A stretch of 64,000 nt of DNA from Candidatus Deferrimicrobiaceae bacterium (GCA_963792415.1 CAWBVY010000006.1:768001-832000), one strand, 5' to 3'; positions 11,029 to 21,670 are shown, counted from the stretch's first letter. The notes: generated by a model from the sequence alone, not told the origin. Numbers and translations: made by a program.

Positions 11029-12105
11029 TCACCGGATCTTCAGCGTGCTGATCGCCAGCAGCGCGAGGATGATCGAGATGATCCAGAACCGGACAATGAT
11101 CTTCGGCTCGGCCCACCCCTGCAGCTCGAAGTGGTGGTGGATCGGCGCCATCCGGAAGATCCGCTTCCTCCGGGTCTTGTAGGAGGTCACCTGGAAGATC
11201 ACCGAGAGGGCCTCCACCACGAAGACCCCCCCCACCAGCACGAGGACGAGTTCCTGCTTCACCATCACCGCCACTGTCCCCATCGCGCCCCCCAGGGCAA
11301 GGGAGCCCGTGTCCCCCATGAACAGCTGTGCGGGGTAGGCGTTGAACCAGAGGAACCCGAGCCCCGCCCCCGCGAGGGCGCCGCAGAAGATCGTCAGCTC
11401 ACCGACGCCCGGGACGTACTGGATCTGGAGGTAGTTCGCGATCTTGACGTTGCCGGTGAGGTAAGCGAAGAGCATGTACGTCCCGGCGGCGATGATGGAG
11501 GGGCCGATCGCCAGACCGTCCAGCCCGTCGGTCAGGTTCACCGCGTTGGAGGCCCCCACGATCACGAGGACGGTGAACGGGATGTAGAAAATCCCGAGGG
11601 AGGGGCGGACGTTCTTGAGGAAGGGGATGATCACCGTGTCCTTGATGCCGACATCCATGTAGATGAGCCCTGCGGCGGCGGCGGCAAGGACGACCTGGGC
11701 GATCAGTTTCCTGCGCGGGCTCAGCCCCTTCGTGTCCTTCCGGATGACCTTCCTGTAGTCGTCGACGAAACCGATCGTGCCGAATCCGAGCGTCACGAAC
11801 ACGGCGATCCAGATGTAATGGCTCCCGAGGTTCGCCCACAACAGCGTAGGGATGACCGTCGCAAGGACGATGAGCAACCCCCCCATCGTCGGAGTCCCTT
11901 CCTTGGTGAGATGGCTCTCCGGGCCGTCCTGCCGGATGGTCTGCCCGATCTGGTGACTCCGGAGAACACGGATCATCCAGGGGCCGAGGAGAAAGGAGAT
12001 CAGAAGCGCGGTGATCGCGGCGTAGATCGTCCGGAACGTGATGTATCGGAACACGTTGAAGAACGAATAGCTCTCGTGGAGCGGGAATAGGAGGTGATAA
12101 AGCAT
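11029..12105 (-). CDS. mraY: Phospho-N-acetylmuramoyl-pentapeptide transferase
   Basis: [38 protein letters not shown]. Confidence 0.98.
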   Translation of the reverse strand: MLYHLLFPLHESYSFFNVFRYITFRTIYAAITALLISFLLGPWMIRVLRSHQIGQTIRQDGPESHLTKEGTPTMGGLLIVLATVIPTLLWANLGSHYIWIAVFVTLGFGTIGFVDDYRKVIRKDTKGLSPRRKLIAQVVLAAAAAGLIYMDVGIKDTVIIPFLKNVRPSLGIFYIPFTVLVIVGASNAVNLTDGLDGLAIGPSIIAAGTYMLFAYLTGNVKIANYLQIQYVPGVGELTIFCGALAGAGLGFLWFNAYPAQLFMGDTGSLALGGAMGTVAVMVKQELVLVLVGGVFVVEALSVIFQVTSYKTRRKRIFRMAPIHHHFELQGWAEPKIIVRFWIISIILALLAISTLKIR

Positions 12106-12109
12106 TCTC

Positions 12110-13507
12110 TTACGCCATGACCTCCATGAGATCCGCCGCCACCTCGTCGAGGCGCATCCCCCGCGATCCCTTCACCAGGACGACGTCCCCTTCCCGGACG
12201 AATCCGCGGACCGCCTCCCGGAGCCTCGCGCGGTCGGTCGTGTGATCGATCGCGGCGTCCCTCATCCCCCCCTCCTTCGCCCCGCGCGCGGCATGGGCCG
12301 CGTCGGCGCCGAACGCGAAGAGCCGGTCCACGGAGAGAGCGGCGATCAGGTGTCCGAGGCGGAAATGCGACGCGGGAGAGTTCTCTCCGAGTTCCAGCAT
12401 GTCGCCGAACACGACGACGGTGCGCCGACCCCGGGCCAGCGACGCGAGGGAGCGCAACGCGGCCTCGGTGGATGCGGGATTGGCGTTGTAGCTGTCGTCC
12501 AGCAGGAGCCCGCCTCCCCGAAGCGGCACGGCGTGAAACCGGCCAGGCACGGAGACGAAGCCAGCGAACCCCTCTTCCATCTCTTCGGGGCGCATCCCGA
12601 GGGTGAAGGCAGCGGCCGTCGCCGCGAGGGCGTTCATCAGGTGGTGCTCCCCGGCGACCCCGACGAAGGAAGAGAACTCGCCCGCCGGCGTTTGAACGAC
12701 GATCCGCATCCCCGCGTCGGACATCGAGACGATCCGTCCGGAGAAGTCGTTCAGCGCGACGCCGTAGTGGACCTTTTCCGCGCGGCAACGTCCCGCCTCG
12801 CGGACGACGCGGAGGTCGGTCGCGTTGACCACGGCGGTGCCGCTGCCGCCAAGGGCCCGGAAGAGGTCCCCCTTCTCGCGCGCGATTCCTTCCATGGTGC
12901 CGAACCCTTCGAGGTGCGCGGGGGCGATGTTGGTGATCACCGCGATGTCGGGGCAGGCGATGTCGGCCAGCCGGGCGATCTCCCCCGGGGCGTTGGATCC
13001 CATCTCGAGGATCGCCGCGTCATGCTCCCCGGACAGTTCGAGCAGCGCCAGGGGCATCCCGATCAGGTTGTTCCGGTTTCCGGGATTTCGCAGCACGCGG
13101 CGGGACCGCGAGAGGAGACAGGACAGCATCTCCTTCGTGGTCGTCTTCCCGGAACTCCCGGTGATTCCCACCAGGGGGATGTCCCGGTGCCGATGCCGGT
13201 GGGCCCGCGCCATGTCGCCGAGGGCTTCCACCGGGTCCCGGACGACGAAGACCGGCTTCGTCCCGGCCAGTCCGCCCGGCACCTTCCGCGCGCCCGCCTC
13301 CGAGACGATCGCGGCGAGCGCGCCTTTACCGAACGCCTCGGCGACGAAGTCCGCGCCGTCGGCACGCTCCCCCGGGAGGGCGATGAAGACGGAACCCGGC
13401 CCTATGTTCCGGCTGTCGGCGGTGACCGCCCCGATCGGTTCCGACGGGGAGATCCCCCCCGCCTCCCGCAACGGGTGGATCGCCCCGATCACTTCGGGGA
13501 GCGTCAT
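12110..13507 (-). CDS. murF: UDP-MurNAc-tripeptide--D-Ala-D-Ala ligase
   Basis: [38 protein letters not shown]. Confidence 0.96.
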   Translation of the reverse strand: MTLPEVIGAIHPLREAGGISPSEPIGAVTADSRNIGPGSVFIALPGERADGADFVAEAFGKGALAAIVSEAGARKVPGGLAGTKPVFVVRDPVEALGDMARAHRHRHRDIPLVGITGSSGKTTTKEMLSCLLSRSRRVLRNPGNRNNLIGMPLALLELSGEHDAAILEMGSNAPGEIARLADIACPDIAVITNIAPAHLEGFGTMEGIAREKGDLFRALGGSGTAVVNATDLRVVREAGRCRAEKVHYGVALNDFSGRIVSMSDAGMRIVVQTPAGEFSSFVGVAGEHHLMNALAATAAAFTLGMRPEEMEEGFAGFVSVPGRFHAVPLRGGGLLLDDSYNANPASTEAALRSLASLARGRRTVVVFGDMLELGENSPASHFRLGHLIAALSVDRLFAFGADAAHAARGAKEGGMRDAAIDHTTDRARLREAVRGFVREGDVVLVKGSRGMRLDEVAADLMEVMA

Positions 13508-13508
13508 C

Positions 13509-15008
13509 CTACTTCCCCGCTGCAAGCACGTCCCGGACCGCTTGCCGGTCGTCGAACGGCAGGCGCCGGTCTCCGATGATCTGGACATCCTCGTGTCCTT
13601 TCCCGACGATCGCCACAGTGTCCCCCGGCTCCGCGAGAGAGAGGGCGAGAGCGATCGCCGCTTTCCTGTCGGCCTCCACACGGAAGAATCCCTCCCGCCA
13701 GGCGGCCGGTCCATGCGCCTCCATGAGCCCCTCCGACATCAACCCGGGGACGATCTCCGCGAGGATCGCCGCGGGGTCCTCGTCCCGCGGGTTGTCGGAG
13801 GTCACCACGACGATGTCGGACCGCAACGCCGCCACCCGGCCCATCGCGGGGCGCTTCCCGCGGTCGCGGTTTCCCCCGCAGCCGAACACGGTGATGAGCC
13901 GTCCCTCCGTCAACCCCCGCAGGGTCGAAAGAATCCGGTCCATTCCGTCCGGGCTGTGGGCGTAGTCCACGAATACATGGAACCCCCTCGTGTTCGCCAC
14001 CGGCTCCAGTCGACCCGGGATCGTCCCGGCGGCGGCGATACCGGCGGCAATCGTCGCGGGAGAAACGGAGAGGAGGAGACCTCCCGCGACGGCCGCCATC
14101 ACGTTCGACACGTTATGCGCCCCGATCAAGGGCGAGCGCAGCTCCAGGGAGCCGGCCGGCGTGGCGAGAACCATGCGGGTCCCTTCCCACGTCATCGCCA
14201 TCTCCTCGGGGTGAATGTCCCAGGAACGGGAGAACCCGAACGTAGTCGCGGAGGGACATTCCTGCGCGATGCGCTCGCCGTACGGATCATCTCCGTTCAC
14301 CGCGATCCCGGTGTTTTTTCCGCCGGCGGGGAGGTATTCCCGGAAGAGTCGCGCCTTGGCGGAGAAGTACGATTCCATGTCGCCGTGGAAGTCGAGGTGG
14401 TCTCTGGTGAGGTTCGTGAAGATCCCCACGTCGAACCGGACCCCCTCGATCCGTCCCTGCGCCGCGCTGTGGGAAGACACCTCCATCAGCAGGTCGGTGG
14501 CCCCGAGGGCGACGGCCTCGGCCATCACCGCCTGGAGTTCGTGGGGGAACGGCGTGGTCAACCCCTTCCGGAGGACCGTGCCGGCCACCCGGTAATCGAT
14601 CGTGCCGATCACCGCGGGGACGCTGCCGGCCGACGCCAGGATCGCCTCGATCAGGTACGTGACCGTCGTCTTCCCGTTGGTCCCGGTGACGCCCGTCACC
14701 CGCAGCTTCGCGGACGGATCGCCGTGGAACGCCACGGCCACCCCCGGCAGTACCGCCGTCGTGGAGGGTACGCGCACGACCGGCAGGGGGGGAGAGGGAA
14801 GATCGCGCTCCACCAGGGCCGCTGCCGCGCCGCCGCGCGCCGCATCGGCAAGATACGCGTGGCCGTCGACGCGGGCGCCGGAAACGGCAACGAAGAGGTC
14901 ACCGGGCCGCACGGAGCGCGAATCGACGCTGATCCCTCCGATCCCGATCCCTCCCAATGGGCCGGCGGGCACGGGAACGATCCCCGCCAGGAGTTCGGCC
15001 AGTGTCAC
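13509..15008 (-). CDS. murE: UDP-MurNAc-dipeptide--meso-DAP ligase
   Basis: GTNGKTT, MEVSSH, DYAHSPD; DNPR motif typical of meso-DAP specificity. Confidence 0.96.
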   Translation of the reverse strand: MTLAELLAGIVPVPAGPLGGIGIGGISVDSRSVRPGDLFVAVSGARVDGHAYLADAARGGAAAALVERDLPSPPLPVVRVPSTTAVLPGVAVAFHGDPSAKLRVTGVTGTNGKTTVTYLIEAILASAGSVPAVIGTIDYRVAGTVLRKGLTTPFPHELQAVMAEAVALGATDLLMEVSSHSAAQGRIEGVRFDVGIFTNLTRDHLDFHGDMESYFSAKARLFREYLPAGGKNTGIAVNGDDPYGERIAQECPSATTFGFSRSWDIHPEEMAMTWEGTRMVLATPAGSLELRSPLIGAHNVSNVMAAVAGGLLLSVSPATIAAGIAAAGTIPGRLEPVANTRGFHVFVDYAHSPDGMDRILSTLRGLTEGRLITVFGCGGNRDRGKRPAMGRVAALRSDIVVVTSDNPRDEDPAAILAEIVPGLMSEGLMEAHGPAAWREGFFRVEADRKAAIALALSLAEPGDTVAIVGKGHEDVQIIGDRRLPFDDRQAVRDVLAAGK

Positions 15009-17026
15009 CGCGCGCCCTTGCCGGCGGCGATCTTCAACGGCGGCTCCGCCGTGAACGTCACGGAGCACTCGGTCCCGGGGACGAGGACCGCTCCCGGATC
15101 CGGCTTCTGCGCCCTGGCGACTCCGCTTCCGGTAAGCGAGAGCTTGACCGAGTACCCTCCCATGATGTCGACGACCCTTCCCATCGACAGCCCCGAGAGG
15201 TCGGGCATGACCATCGTGCCCGCGGTCCGTGCCGTCGAGACCCGCGTCACAAGGCTCGACGGCGAAGGTCCCGAAGGACGGGCGGCGGCGAGCGCCGCCG
15301 TCTCCGTCGGCTGGATGCCCAGGTAGTACGCCGTCTTGACCGCGATCTGGTTGAAGGCCGGGGCGGCGACGACACCCCCGTACACCTGCCCTTGCGGCTC
15401 GTCGATCACGACCAGGATGAGCAGCTTCGGATCGTTCCGCGGGAGGAAGCCGATGAAGGAAGCGGTTCGCTTCGTCGCGGAGTACCGGCCCGACCCGGGC
15501 TCGACCTTCTGCGCCGTTCCTGTTTTCCCCCCGACGAGGAATCCCTTGATGCGCGCCTGCGTTCCCGTCCCGTCCTCCTCGACCACCTTCCCGAGGATCT
15601 CCCTCATCTGCTCCGAGGTCTTCGGGGAGAGAACCCGTCGAAGCTCCTGCGGCTCGCCGCGGAACACGGTCTTCCCCTCCGGGTCGCGGATCTCCCGGAC
15701 CAGGAACGGTTTCATCACCTTTCCGCCGTTGATCACGGCCGCCATCCCGGCGGCAAGCTGCAGCGGCGTGACCGAGATCCCCTGGCCGAAGGAGACGGTG
15801 GCCCGGCGGATGCGGCTTTCGAAGACGCGTCGGGACGGCGCGATGCCCGGGACCTCCCCCCGGAGCTCGATCCCGGTGCGGGACCCGAAGCCGAAGGCCC
15901 GGATCATGTCGTAGAACCGGTTCCCGTCCATGCGCTCGTTGATCTTCGTGATGCCGATGTTGCTGGAAAACTTGACCACCTCCGGCGCGGTAAGCCACCC
16001 GTACCGATGCGTGTCGTGGATCACCTCCCCTGCGTAGCGGTAGGATCCGTTCTCGCAGAAGAACCGGTCCGTGGCGCGCACCGCTCCCAGTTCGAGGGCC
16101 GAGGCGAGGGTGAATACCTTGAAGGTCGATCCGGGCTCGAAGCTGTCGGTCAGGGAACGGTTCTTCCGCGCCTCCGCGGGACCGCGGGCGGGAGCGTTCG
16201 GGTTGAACGACGGCGCCGTCGCCATCGCGAGGATCTCCCCCGTTCCGGGCGAGAGCACCACGGCCATGCCTCCGCGGGCGTTGTACTTCTCGACCGCCGC
16301 CTGAAGCTCGCTCTCCGCAACGTGCTGGATGTTCCGGTCGATCGTGAGGGCGACCGAGTGCCCCTTCGAATTGACCTCCACGGGCGTCGTAGCGGGCACG
16401 ATAAGGCGGCCCCGGGCGTCCCGCTCGCAAAGGAGGGACCCTTGCTCGCCGCGCAGGTACCTGTCCATGGAGAGCTCGACTCCCTCCATCCCCTCGCTGT
16501 CAAGGTTGGTGAAGCCGACGAGGGACGCGGCCAGTTCCCGGTTCGGGTAGAAACGTTTCGGTTCCTCGACGGTCCCGATGCCGTCGACCGCCGACGGCTT
16601 CCCATGGGCTTCGGGATCGAGAGCGGAGAGCGCCTGCTTCACCTCCCTCACCGCTTCCTCCGCGGCGGTTGACGGCATCTGACGTCGCACCCACACGAAC
16701 CCCTTGTCCCCGGCGAACAGTTTCCGGAGCTCCCGGGCGGAACGGGATACCCGGGGGGCGAGGAGTTCGGCCGCCTTCTTGGGATCGCGCAGCTTCGCCG
16801 GCTGGACGAAGATCGATTTCGTGGCGATGCTCACCGCGAGCTCGGTTCCCGTCCGATCCAGGATCACACCCCGCTGGGGGAGGAGGGGGATGATGGAGCA
16901 GTACTGCTTCGCTCCGCGGTCACGGATCTCCCTGATCCCGAGAACCTGGATCTGGAACGCCCGCAATACGACGAGGACGTAGAGGGAGAGGAGTACGCAG
17001 AGGATGAGGCGCGCGCGGGAGGTCAT
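15005..17026 (-). CDS. ftsI: Penicillin-binding protein FtsI (PBP3) with C-terminal PASTA-like domain
   Basis: RGVILDR, STFK (SxxK), SSN (SxN), KTGT; N-terminal TM. Confidence 0.96.
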   Translation of the reverse strand: MTSRARLILCVLLSLYVLVVLRAFQIQVLGIREIRDRGAKQYCSIIPLLPQRGVILDRTGTELAVSIATKSIFVQPAKLRDPKKAAELLAPRVSRSARELRKLFAGDKGFVWVRRQMPSTAAEEAVREVKQALSALDPEAHGKPSAVDGIGTVEEPKRFYPNRELAASLVGFTNLDSEGMEGVELSMDRYLRGEQGSLLCERDARGRLIVPATTPVEVNSKGHSVALTIDRNIQHVAESELQAAVEKYNARGGMAVVLSPGTGEILAMATAPSFNPNAPARGPAEARKNRSLTDSFEPGSTFKVFTLASALELGAVRATDRFFCENGSYRYAGEVIHDTHRYGWLTAPEVVKFSSNIGITKINERMDGNRFYDMIRAFGFGSRTGIELRGEVPGIAPSRRVFESRIRRATVSFGQGISVTPLQLAAGMAAVINGGKVMKPFLVREIRDPEGKTVFRGEPQELRRVLSPKTSEQMREILGKVVEEDGTGTQARIKGFLVGGKTGTAQKVEPGSGRYSATKRTASFIGFLPRNDPKLLILVVIDEPQGQVYGGVVAAPAFNQIAVKTAYYLGIQPTETAALAAARPSGPSPSSLVTRVSTARTAGTMVMPDLSGLSMGRVVDIMGGYSVKLSLTGSGVARAQKPDPGAVLVPGTECSVTFTAEPPLKIAAGKGAR

Positions 17027-17027
17027 C

Positions 17028-17360
17028 TCACCGGATCACCCGCTCCATCTGCGCCGGCACCATGTGCAGGTCGTTCCGGGCAATGGCGTGGATGCGGGCG
17101 GGGCTCTTCAGCGCCAGCGCCTCCAAACGGAGAACCTCCTGCTCCTTCTGAAGGGTGCGCTTCTCCTCCAGGGCGGAGGAAACCCGGTACCCCGTTCGTA
17201 TGCACTGGCCCGACAACCAGACGTTGAACAGACCGGTGATGAGAAGAACCAGGAACAGGGCGACGAATCCGCGCCGCCGGGGGACCGCGGGGACCGCCGG
17301 GGGTTCCTTCCGGATCTCCGTGATCATGCACACGCCGTTTCCAACGATTATCCTTCTCAT
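17028..17360 (-). CDS. ftsL: Cell division protein FtsL (start uncertain)
   Basis: Small protein with a TM helix then a coiled coil (..LKSPARIHAIARNDLHM); between rsmH and ftsI. Confidence 0.8.
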   Translation of the reverse strand: MRRIIVGNGVCMITEIRKEPPAVPAVPRRRGFVALFLVLLITGLFNVWLSGQCIRTGYRVSSALEEKRTLQKEQEVLRLEALALKSPARIHAIARNDLHMVPAQMERVIR

Positions 17361-17361
17361 G

Positions 17362-18279
17362 TCAGTCTCCTCCATCGCGCCGTCGCGCCACGCGGAGCTT
17401 CGCGCTGCGCGCCCTCGGGTTTTCCCGCGCTTCCCGTTCCGACGGGACGACCGGCTTGCGGGTCAACCGTTCCAGCATCGGACCTTCATCTTCCGGACCT
17501 GAAGAAGGCCGCCGGAACGCCGTTTTCACCATGCGATCCTCCAACGAGTGGAAACTGATCACGGCCACCCGCCCCCCGGGGGAGAGGTGCCCGGGGATCG
17601 CGTCGAGGAACATCCCCAGCGAGGAAAGCTCCCCGTTCACGGCGATCCGCAGCGCCTGGAACACCCTCGTGGCCGGGTGAATGTCCCGTGGCCAGGCTCT
17701 CCGGGGGATCGCCGAGGAAACCAGATCCGCGAGCACGGCGGTCGTCCGGATCGGGTCCCTTTTCCTGCGCTCGACCACCGCGCGGGCGATCCGTCGGGAA
17801 AACCGCTCCTCTCCGAACTGGAAGAAGAGGTCCGCAAGTTCCTTCTCCCGCGTGTCCCGGAGGATCTCGGCCGCCGTGGGCCCCCCGCCGTCCGGATCCC
17901 GCCGCATGTCGAGGGGACCCTCCACCCGGAACGAGAAGCCGCGCACCGGGTCGTCGAGCTGGAGGGAAGAGATCCCCAGATCCAGGAGTGCGCCGTCGAA
18001 CGTCCTCCCACCCGCGGTCTCACGCAGCGCGTCGAGGTCCGCGAAGTCCGCACGGACAAGCCGCACCCAGGGGTACGCCGAGAGCCGAGAGGCGGCGACC
18101 TCGAGCATCGAGGGGTCCGCGTCGGCGCAGACCAGAAGACCCCGGGGGCCGATCCTGGCGGCAATCTCCGCCGCGTGCCCGCCGGCTCCGGTCGTCCCGT
18201 CGAGGAAGATCTCGCCGGGAACGGGGGCCATCCATTCCAACGTCTCATGTAAAAGAACAGGGATGTGGACGGGCGCCAC
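17362..18279 (-). CDS. rsmH: 16S rRNA m4C1402 methyltransferase RsmH (MraW)
   Basis: HIPVLL, DGTTGAGGH, DLGISS.QLD, FQALRIAVN, SFHSLEDR, NPRARSAKLR. Confidence 0.97.
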   Translation of the reverse strand: MAPVHIPVLLHETLEWMAPVPGEIFLDGTTGAGGHAAEIAARIGPRGLLVCADADPSMLEVAASRLSAYPWVRLVRADFADLDALRETAGGRTFDGALLDLGISSLQLDDPVRGFSFRVEGPLDMRRDPDGGGPTAAEILRDTREKELADLFFQFGEERFSRRIARAVVERRKRDPIRTTAVLADLVSSAIPRRAWPRDIHPATRVFQALRIAVNGELSSLGMFLDAIPGHLSPGGRVAVISFHSLEDRMVKTAFRRPSSGPEDEGPMLERLTRKPVVPSEREARENPRARSAKLRVARRRDGGD

Positions 18280-18282
18280 TCC

Positions 18283-18735
18283 TCAGATCCCGAGGGCGCT
18301 GATCTCCCGCGCCAGCCCCGGGTCTTCGTGCACTTCCTTTTCGAACCGGCCGATCTCCTCCTGCCACCTGGCGAGCGACCAGATCTCGAACCGGTTGGGC
18401 ATCCCGAGGATCACGACCTCCTTTTCCAGCCCGGCGTAGGAACGCAGGGAGGGAGGGACGAGAATCCTCCCCTGCTTGTCGGGGACGACCTCGACGGCGC
18501 CGCCGAGGAAGAAACGGACAAAGGCGTTCATCTTCCGGTCGGTGCTGGGAACACGGGAAAGCCGCTCCTCGATCCGCGCCCAGTCGTCCGCGGCAAAGGC
18601 GTAGAGGCAGTCCGAGAAGTTGGTGAGGAAAAACGAGCCCTGGGCGGATTCCTGGAGGCGATCGCGGAAAGGTGCGGGGATGTTGACCCGGCCTTTGGGA
18701 TCAATGGTATATTCGAATCGTCCCCGGAAGATCAC
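18283..18735 (-). CDS. mraZ: Transcriptional regulator MraZ
   Basis: FRGRFEYTIDPKGRVNIP and DKQGRILVP repeats; EIWS. Confidence 0.96.
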   Translation of the reverse strand: MIFRGRFEYTIDPKGRVNIPAPFRDRLQESAQGSFFLTNFSDCLYAFAADDWARIEERLSRVPSTDRKMNAFVRFFLGGAVEVVPDKQGRILVPPSLRSYAGLEKEVVILGMPNRFEIWSLARWQEEIGRFEKEVHEDPGLAREISALGI

Positions 18736-18747
18736 GGCGGCCCGTTA

Positions 18748-18772
18748 CCCACCTTTCCCCACAATTACCCAC
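18748..18772 (-). promoter_or_regulatory. MraZ-binding direct repeats (3 x GTGGG, 10-bp period)
   Basis: Minus strand GTGGGtaattGTGGGgaaagGTGGG immediately upstream of mraZ, matching the known MraZ operator pattern. Confidence 0.85.
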
Positions 18773-18781
18773 TTGCTGGGT

Positions 18782-18809
18782 ATTCTAACGGGACCCTCGG
18801 GGGTGTCAA
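18782..18809 (-). promoter_or_regulatory. Sigma70-type promoter of the dcw operon
   Basis: TTGACA-N16-TAGAAT on the minus strand. Confidence 0.7.
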
Positions 18810-18906
18810 GATATTTCGATCCCTTCGATGAAGAAAATCGTCGGGGACCCAGGAATCGAAAACGGGATTTGCGGGATTTGCCGGAAAGTGCAGGCGGGAT
18901 AAAGCG

Positions 18907-19320
18907 TCCGAGGAGGCCGTAAGCCGGGTTCTGTGCGCGGCGACGAAGCGCGTCGCCGCGGGGCGGCCATTTCTCTACGGCGGGCGTTTCCGCCCGTCTT
19001 GAGCGACCTGTACCCGAGGGCCCCGGGCGGGCCGCCCTTCCCCCGCCGGCGGCAGAGCCGCCTCGGAGTCGCCCTCCTATTTGGTCTTGCTCCGGGTGGG
19101 GTTTGCCATGCCGCGACGATCGCCCGTCGCGCGGTGAGCTCTTACCTCACCATTTCACCCTTACCGCCCGCCGTGGCGGGAGGCGGTGTCTTTTCTGTGG
19201 CGCTGTCCTCGGGGTCGCCCCCACCGGGTGTTACCCGGCACCCTGCCCTGCGGAGCCCGGACTTTCCTCCCGTCCCCGCCGATACGGCGCGGGGACCGGC
19301 GGCCACCTGGCCTCCTCGGA
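18907..19320 (-). ncRNA. rnpB: RNase P RNA (type A)
   Basis: GAGGAAAGTCCGGGCTCC near the 5' end and AGAACCCGGCTTA near the 3' end; P1 termini TCCGAGGAGGCC/GGCCTCCTCGGA. Confidence 0.97.
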
Positions 19321-19324
19321 CGAC

Positions 19325-19741
19325 TTATCCTTTCCGGTGCTGATCGATCGCGAGGTTCGCCAGGGAATCCGCCCTCCGGTTCTCCTCGCGTGGTACATGC
19401 AGTATACGGACCGCCGGGAAAACGCGCAACCGGCGCGACGCCTCCGCGTGGAGCGGCCGAAGGTGCTCCGCCTTCACCTTGTACTCTCCCCGCAACTGCC
19501 GGACGAGGAGTTCCGAATCGGAGTGGACGGTGATGGAGGAGACGGTGTGCCTGGCCGCCTCCTCGAGCGCGAGGAGCAGCGCGCGGTATTCCGCCACGTT
19601 GTTCGTCGTTTCGCCAAGGTAGCTGCAGAGCTCCCTTGGCGCCCTCCCATCCCCGAACTCGACCACCGCGCCGGCGCCGGAGGGCCCTGGATTCCCGCGG
19701 CTGGCGCCGTCGACGCGCACCGTGATCTCGACAGGGGTCAC
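19325..19741 (-). CDS. rnhA: Ribonuclease HI
   Basis: DGASRGNPG, TNNVAEY, SDSEL, ADSLAN acidic catalytic residues. Confidence 0.92.
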   Translation of the reverse strand: MTPVEITVRVDGASRGNPGPSGAGAVVEFGDGRAPRELCSYLGETTNNVAEYRALLLALEEAARHTVSSITVHSDSELLVRQLRGEYKVKAEHLRPLHAEASRRLRVFPAVRILHVPREENRRADSLANLAIDQHRKG

Positions 19742-20463
19742 TCGCCGGTCGCCTCGATCTCCGTCGCCTCGAAATACACGACACGGTTGCAGTTGGGGCA
19801 GGTGTGGATCCGGTCCTCCCGCTGCAGAAGGTTGAACAGCTGCGGGGCGATGTTCATGTGGCACCCCATGCAGGAGTAGTTCCTCGCCGCGACGACCGCC
19901 AGGCCGTCCCGCCGTTCGAAGATCATCTCGAAACGGCGCACGAGGGACGGATCCAGCTTGCCCGCGACCTGGCGCCTGCGCGCGTCCAGCTTCCCGATGT
20001 CGTCGTCGAAGGTTCCCATCCGGGCGTCGATGTCGACCATCCGCTCCCGGTACCTCCCCGACACCTCGTCGAGGTCGGCTTTCCGCTCCGCGAGCCGCTT
20101 TTCGACCTCCTCGTATCGCACGAGGAGGGAGAGAAGCTCCTCTTCGCGGGCCACGTTCGTCCGCCGGGTCCCCTCGATCTCCTTGAGCATGGCGTAATAT
20201 TCCTTGTTCGTCTTGATCGACATGAGCTTCGACTTCGCCCGCTCGACCTTGTCCCGCTCCTCCTCGATCTCCCTCTCCTTCTCGCAGCGCTGCTGCTTGA
20301 GGGTCTCGAACTCCTGCTCCGCCGCCAGAAACGACGCTTCGCGCTCTTCGAAGAGGCTCTTCAGATCCGCCACTTCCAGGGGGATCTTCTGCTTCTCCTC
20401 GTCGAGCCGCCGCGCCCGGCCCATTACCTCCTGCAGATCGATCAGAACCTTCACTTGCTCCAT
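19738..20463 (-). CDS. Coiled-coil plus C4-type zinc ribbon protein (DUF164-like)
   Basis: Long coiled coil (KTNKEY..KEIE) followed by CMGC...CPNC. Confidence 0.88.
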   Translation of the reverse strand: MEQVKVLIDLQEVMGRARRLDEEKQKIPLEVADLKSLFEEREASFLAAEQEFETLKQQRCEKEREIEEERDKVERAKSKLMSIKTNKEYYAMLKEIEGTRRTNVAREEELLSLLVRYEEVEKRLAERKADLDEVSGRYRERMVDIDARMGTFDDDIGKLDARRRQVAGKLDPSLVRRFEMIFERRDGLAVVAARNYSCMGCHMNIAPQLFNLLQREDRIHTCPNCNRVVYFEATEIEATGE

Positions 20464-21617
20464 CAAGGCTTTTCCCCTCCCCTTCTTCGCCCCGCGGGCA
20501 CCGCCCGCATGGGCTCTTCGTCCATGACGACACGGACCGAAACGGCCCCCGGAAATCGCGTGCCGATCACCCGCCGGAATTCCGGCAGGATCCATCGTTC
20601 CCCCGAAGCGTGCCCGATGTCTGCGACGGGCATGTCCCCCGCCGCCGCATCCAGCGCCTGGTGGTACTTCACATCCCCCGTCACGTAGAGGTCCGCGCCG
20701 GCCTCCCGCGCCGCGAAGGCGAACTCCGCCCCGCTCCCCCCGACGATCGCTACACGGCCCACCGTCTTCCGGCGGGGACCCGCGACGTGGATCCAGGAGG
20801 GCCGCAGGGCCCTGCGCACCGCGTCGAGGGCCCGGTCGAGCGGCAGCGGATCGGGCAACTCGCCGACGATCCCGATCCCGCCTCCGAGGGCCCCCTCGCG
20901 CAACTGCACGACGTCGATCGCCGGCTCCTCGTACGGGTGCGCCTTCCGCACCGCGCCCAGGACCGCCCGTACCCGGCTCCCCGGCGCGACCGTCTCGAGC
21001 CGGACCTCCTCCACGCGCTCCTCGGCGCCCGGCGCCCCCACGCGAGGAGAGGAACCCGGCCCCCCGAGGAACGTGCCGGTCCCCGGGGTCCGGAAGGAGC
21101 AGCGGGAATACGCGCCGATCCGCCCCCCGCCCGCCTCCGCGGCGGCGGCCAGGACGGCTTCCGCGTGGGACGGCGGAACGAACACCACGATTTTGCACGC
21201 CCCGGAGGACGGCTCGCCGGGGATCAGCGGTCGCATTCCGCGCAGCCGCAGGCGGCGGCCCATCGCGTGCGAAACGCCCCGCGGAGCCGCGTCGGCGTTG
21301 GTGTGCGCCGAGATGACCGCCACGCCCATCCGCAGCAGGGCGAACGCCGCGGCGGAGGGTCCCGGATCCGGACGGACGGATTTCAGGGGGGTAAAAACGA
21401 CGGGGTGGTGCGTGACCAGGAGGTCGGCGGGTCGCCGTCGAAGACGCGCGATCACCGCCGGCGTGGCGTCGAGCGCGATGAGGACGGACCGCACGGGGGC
21501 GTCGGGGTCGCCCAGCAGGATCCCGACGTTGTCCCAGTCGGCGCAGTGGGCGAACGGGAACTGCTCATCGAGCGCACGCAGCACGTCGTTCACCGTGACC
21601 GCGGCGCGGCGGATCAC
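20463..21617 (-). CDS. Nif3-like dinuclear metal-centre protein (YqfO type, PII-like insertion)
   Basis: WDNVG, THHP, AHTNAD, HPYEEPA, TGDVKYH. Confidence 0.9.
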   Translation of the reverse strand: MIRRAAVTVNDVLRALDEQFPFAHCADWDNVGILLGDPDAPVRSVLIALDATPAVIARLRRRPADLLVTHHPVVFTPLKSVRPDPGPSAAAFALLRMGVAVISAHTNADAAPRGVSHAMGRRLRLRGMRPLIPGEPSSGACKIVVFVPPSHAEAVLAAAAEAGGGRIGAYSRCSFRTPGTGTFLGGPGSSPRVGAPGAEERVEEVRLETVAPGSRVRAVLGAVRKAHPYEEPAIDVVQLREGALGGGIGIVGELPDPLPLDRALDAVRRALRPSWIHVAGPRRKTVGRVAIVGGSGAEFAFAAREAGADLYVTGDVKYHQALDAAAGDMPVADIGHASGERWILPEFRRVIGTRFPGAVSVRVVMDEEPMRAVPAGRRRGGEKP

Positions 21618-21640
21618 GCCGGCACCTCGCCGCAGCCCAC

Positions 21641-21670
21641 AAATAAAAATGCACCGATAGCCGGTGCATT
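21641..21670 (-). terminator. Probable intrinsic terminator downstream of the tRNA
   Basis: Minus strand AATGCACCG-GCTAT-CGGTGCATT followed by TTTATTT. Confidence 0.65.

Noticed and set aside
13509-16430. Apparent long N-terminal extensions or fusions in the ORF track (murE 973 aa, murA 812 aa, pyrG 709 aa, ftsZ 648 aa, lptG 739 aa)
   Set aside because: These are stop-free alternate frames over the upstream gene; the real starts lie at downstream codons with RBS or stop/start overlaps.
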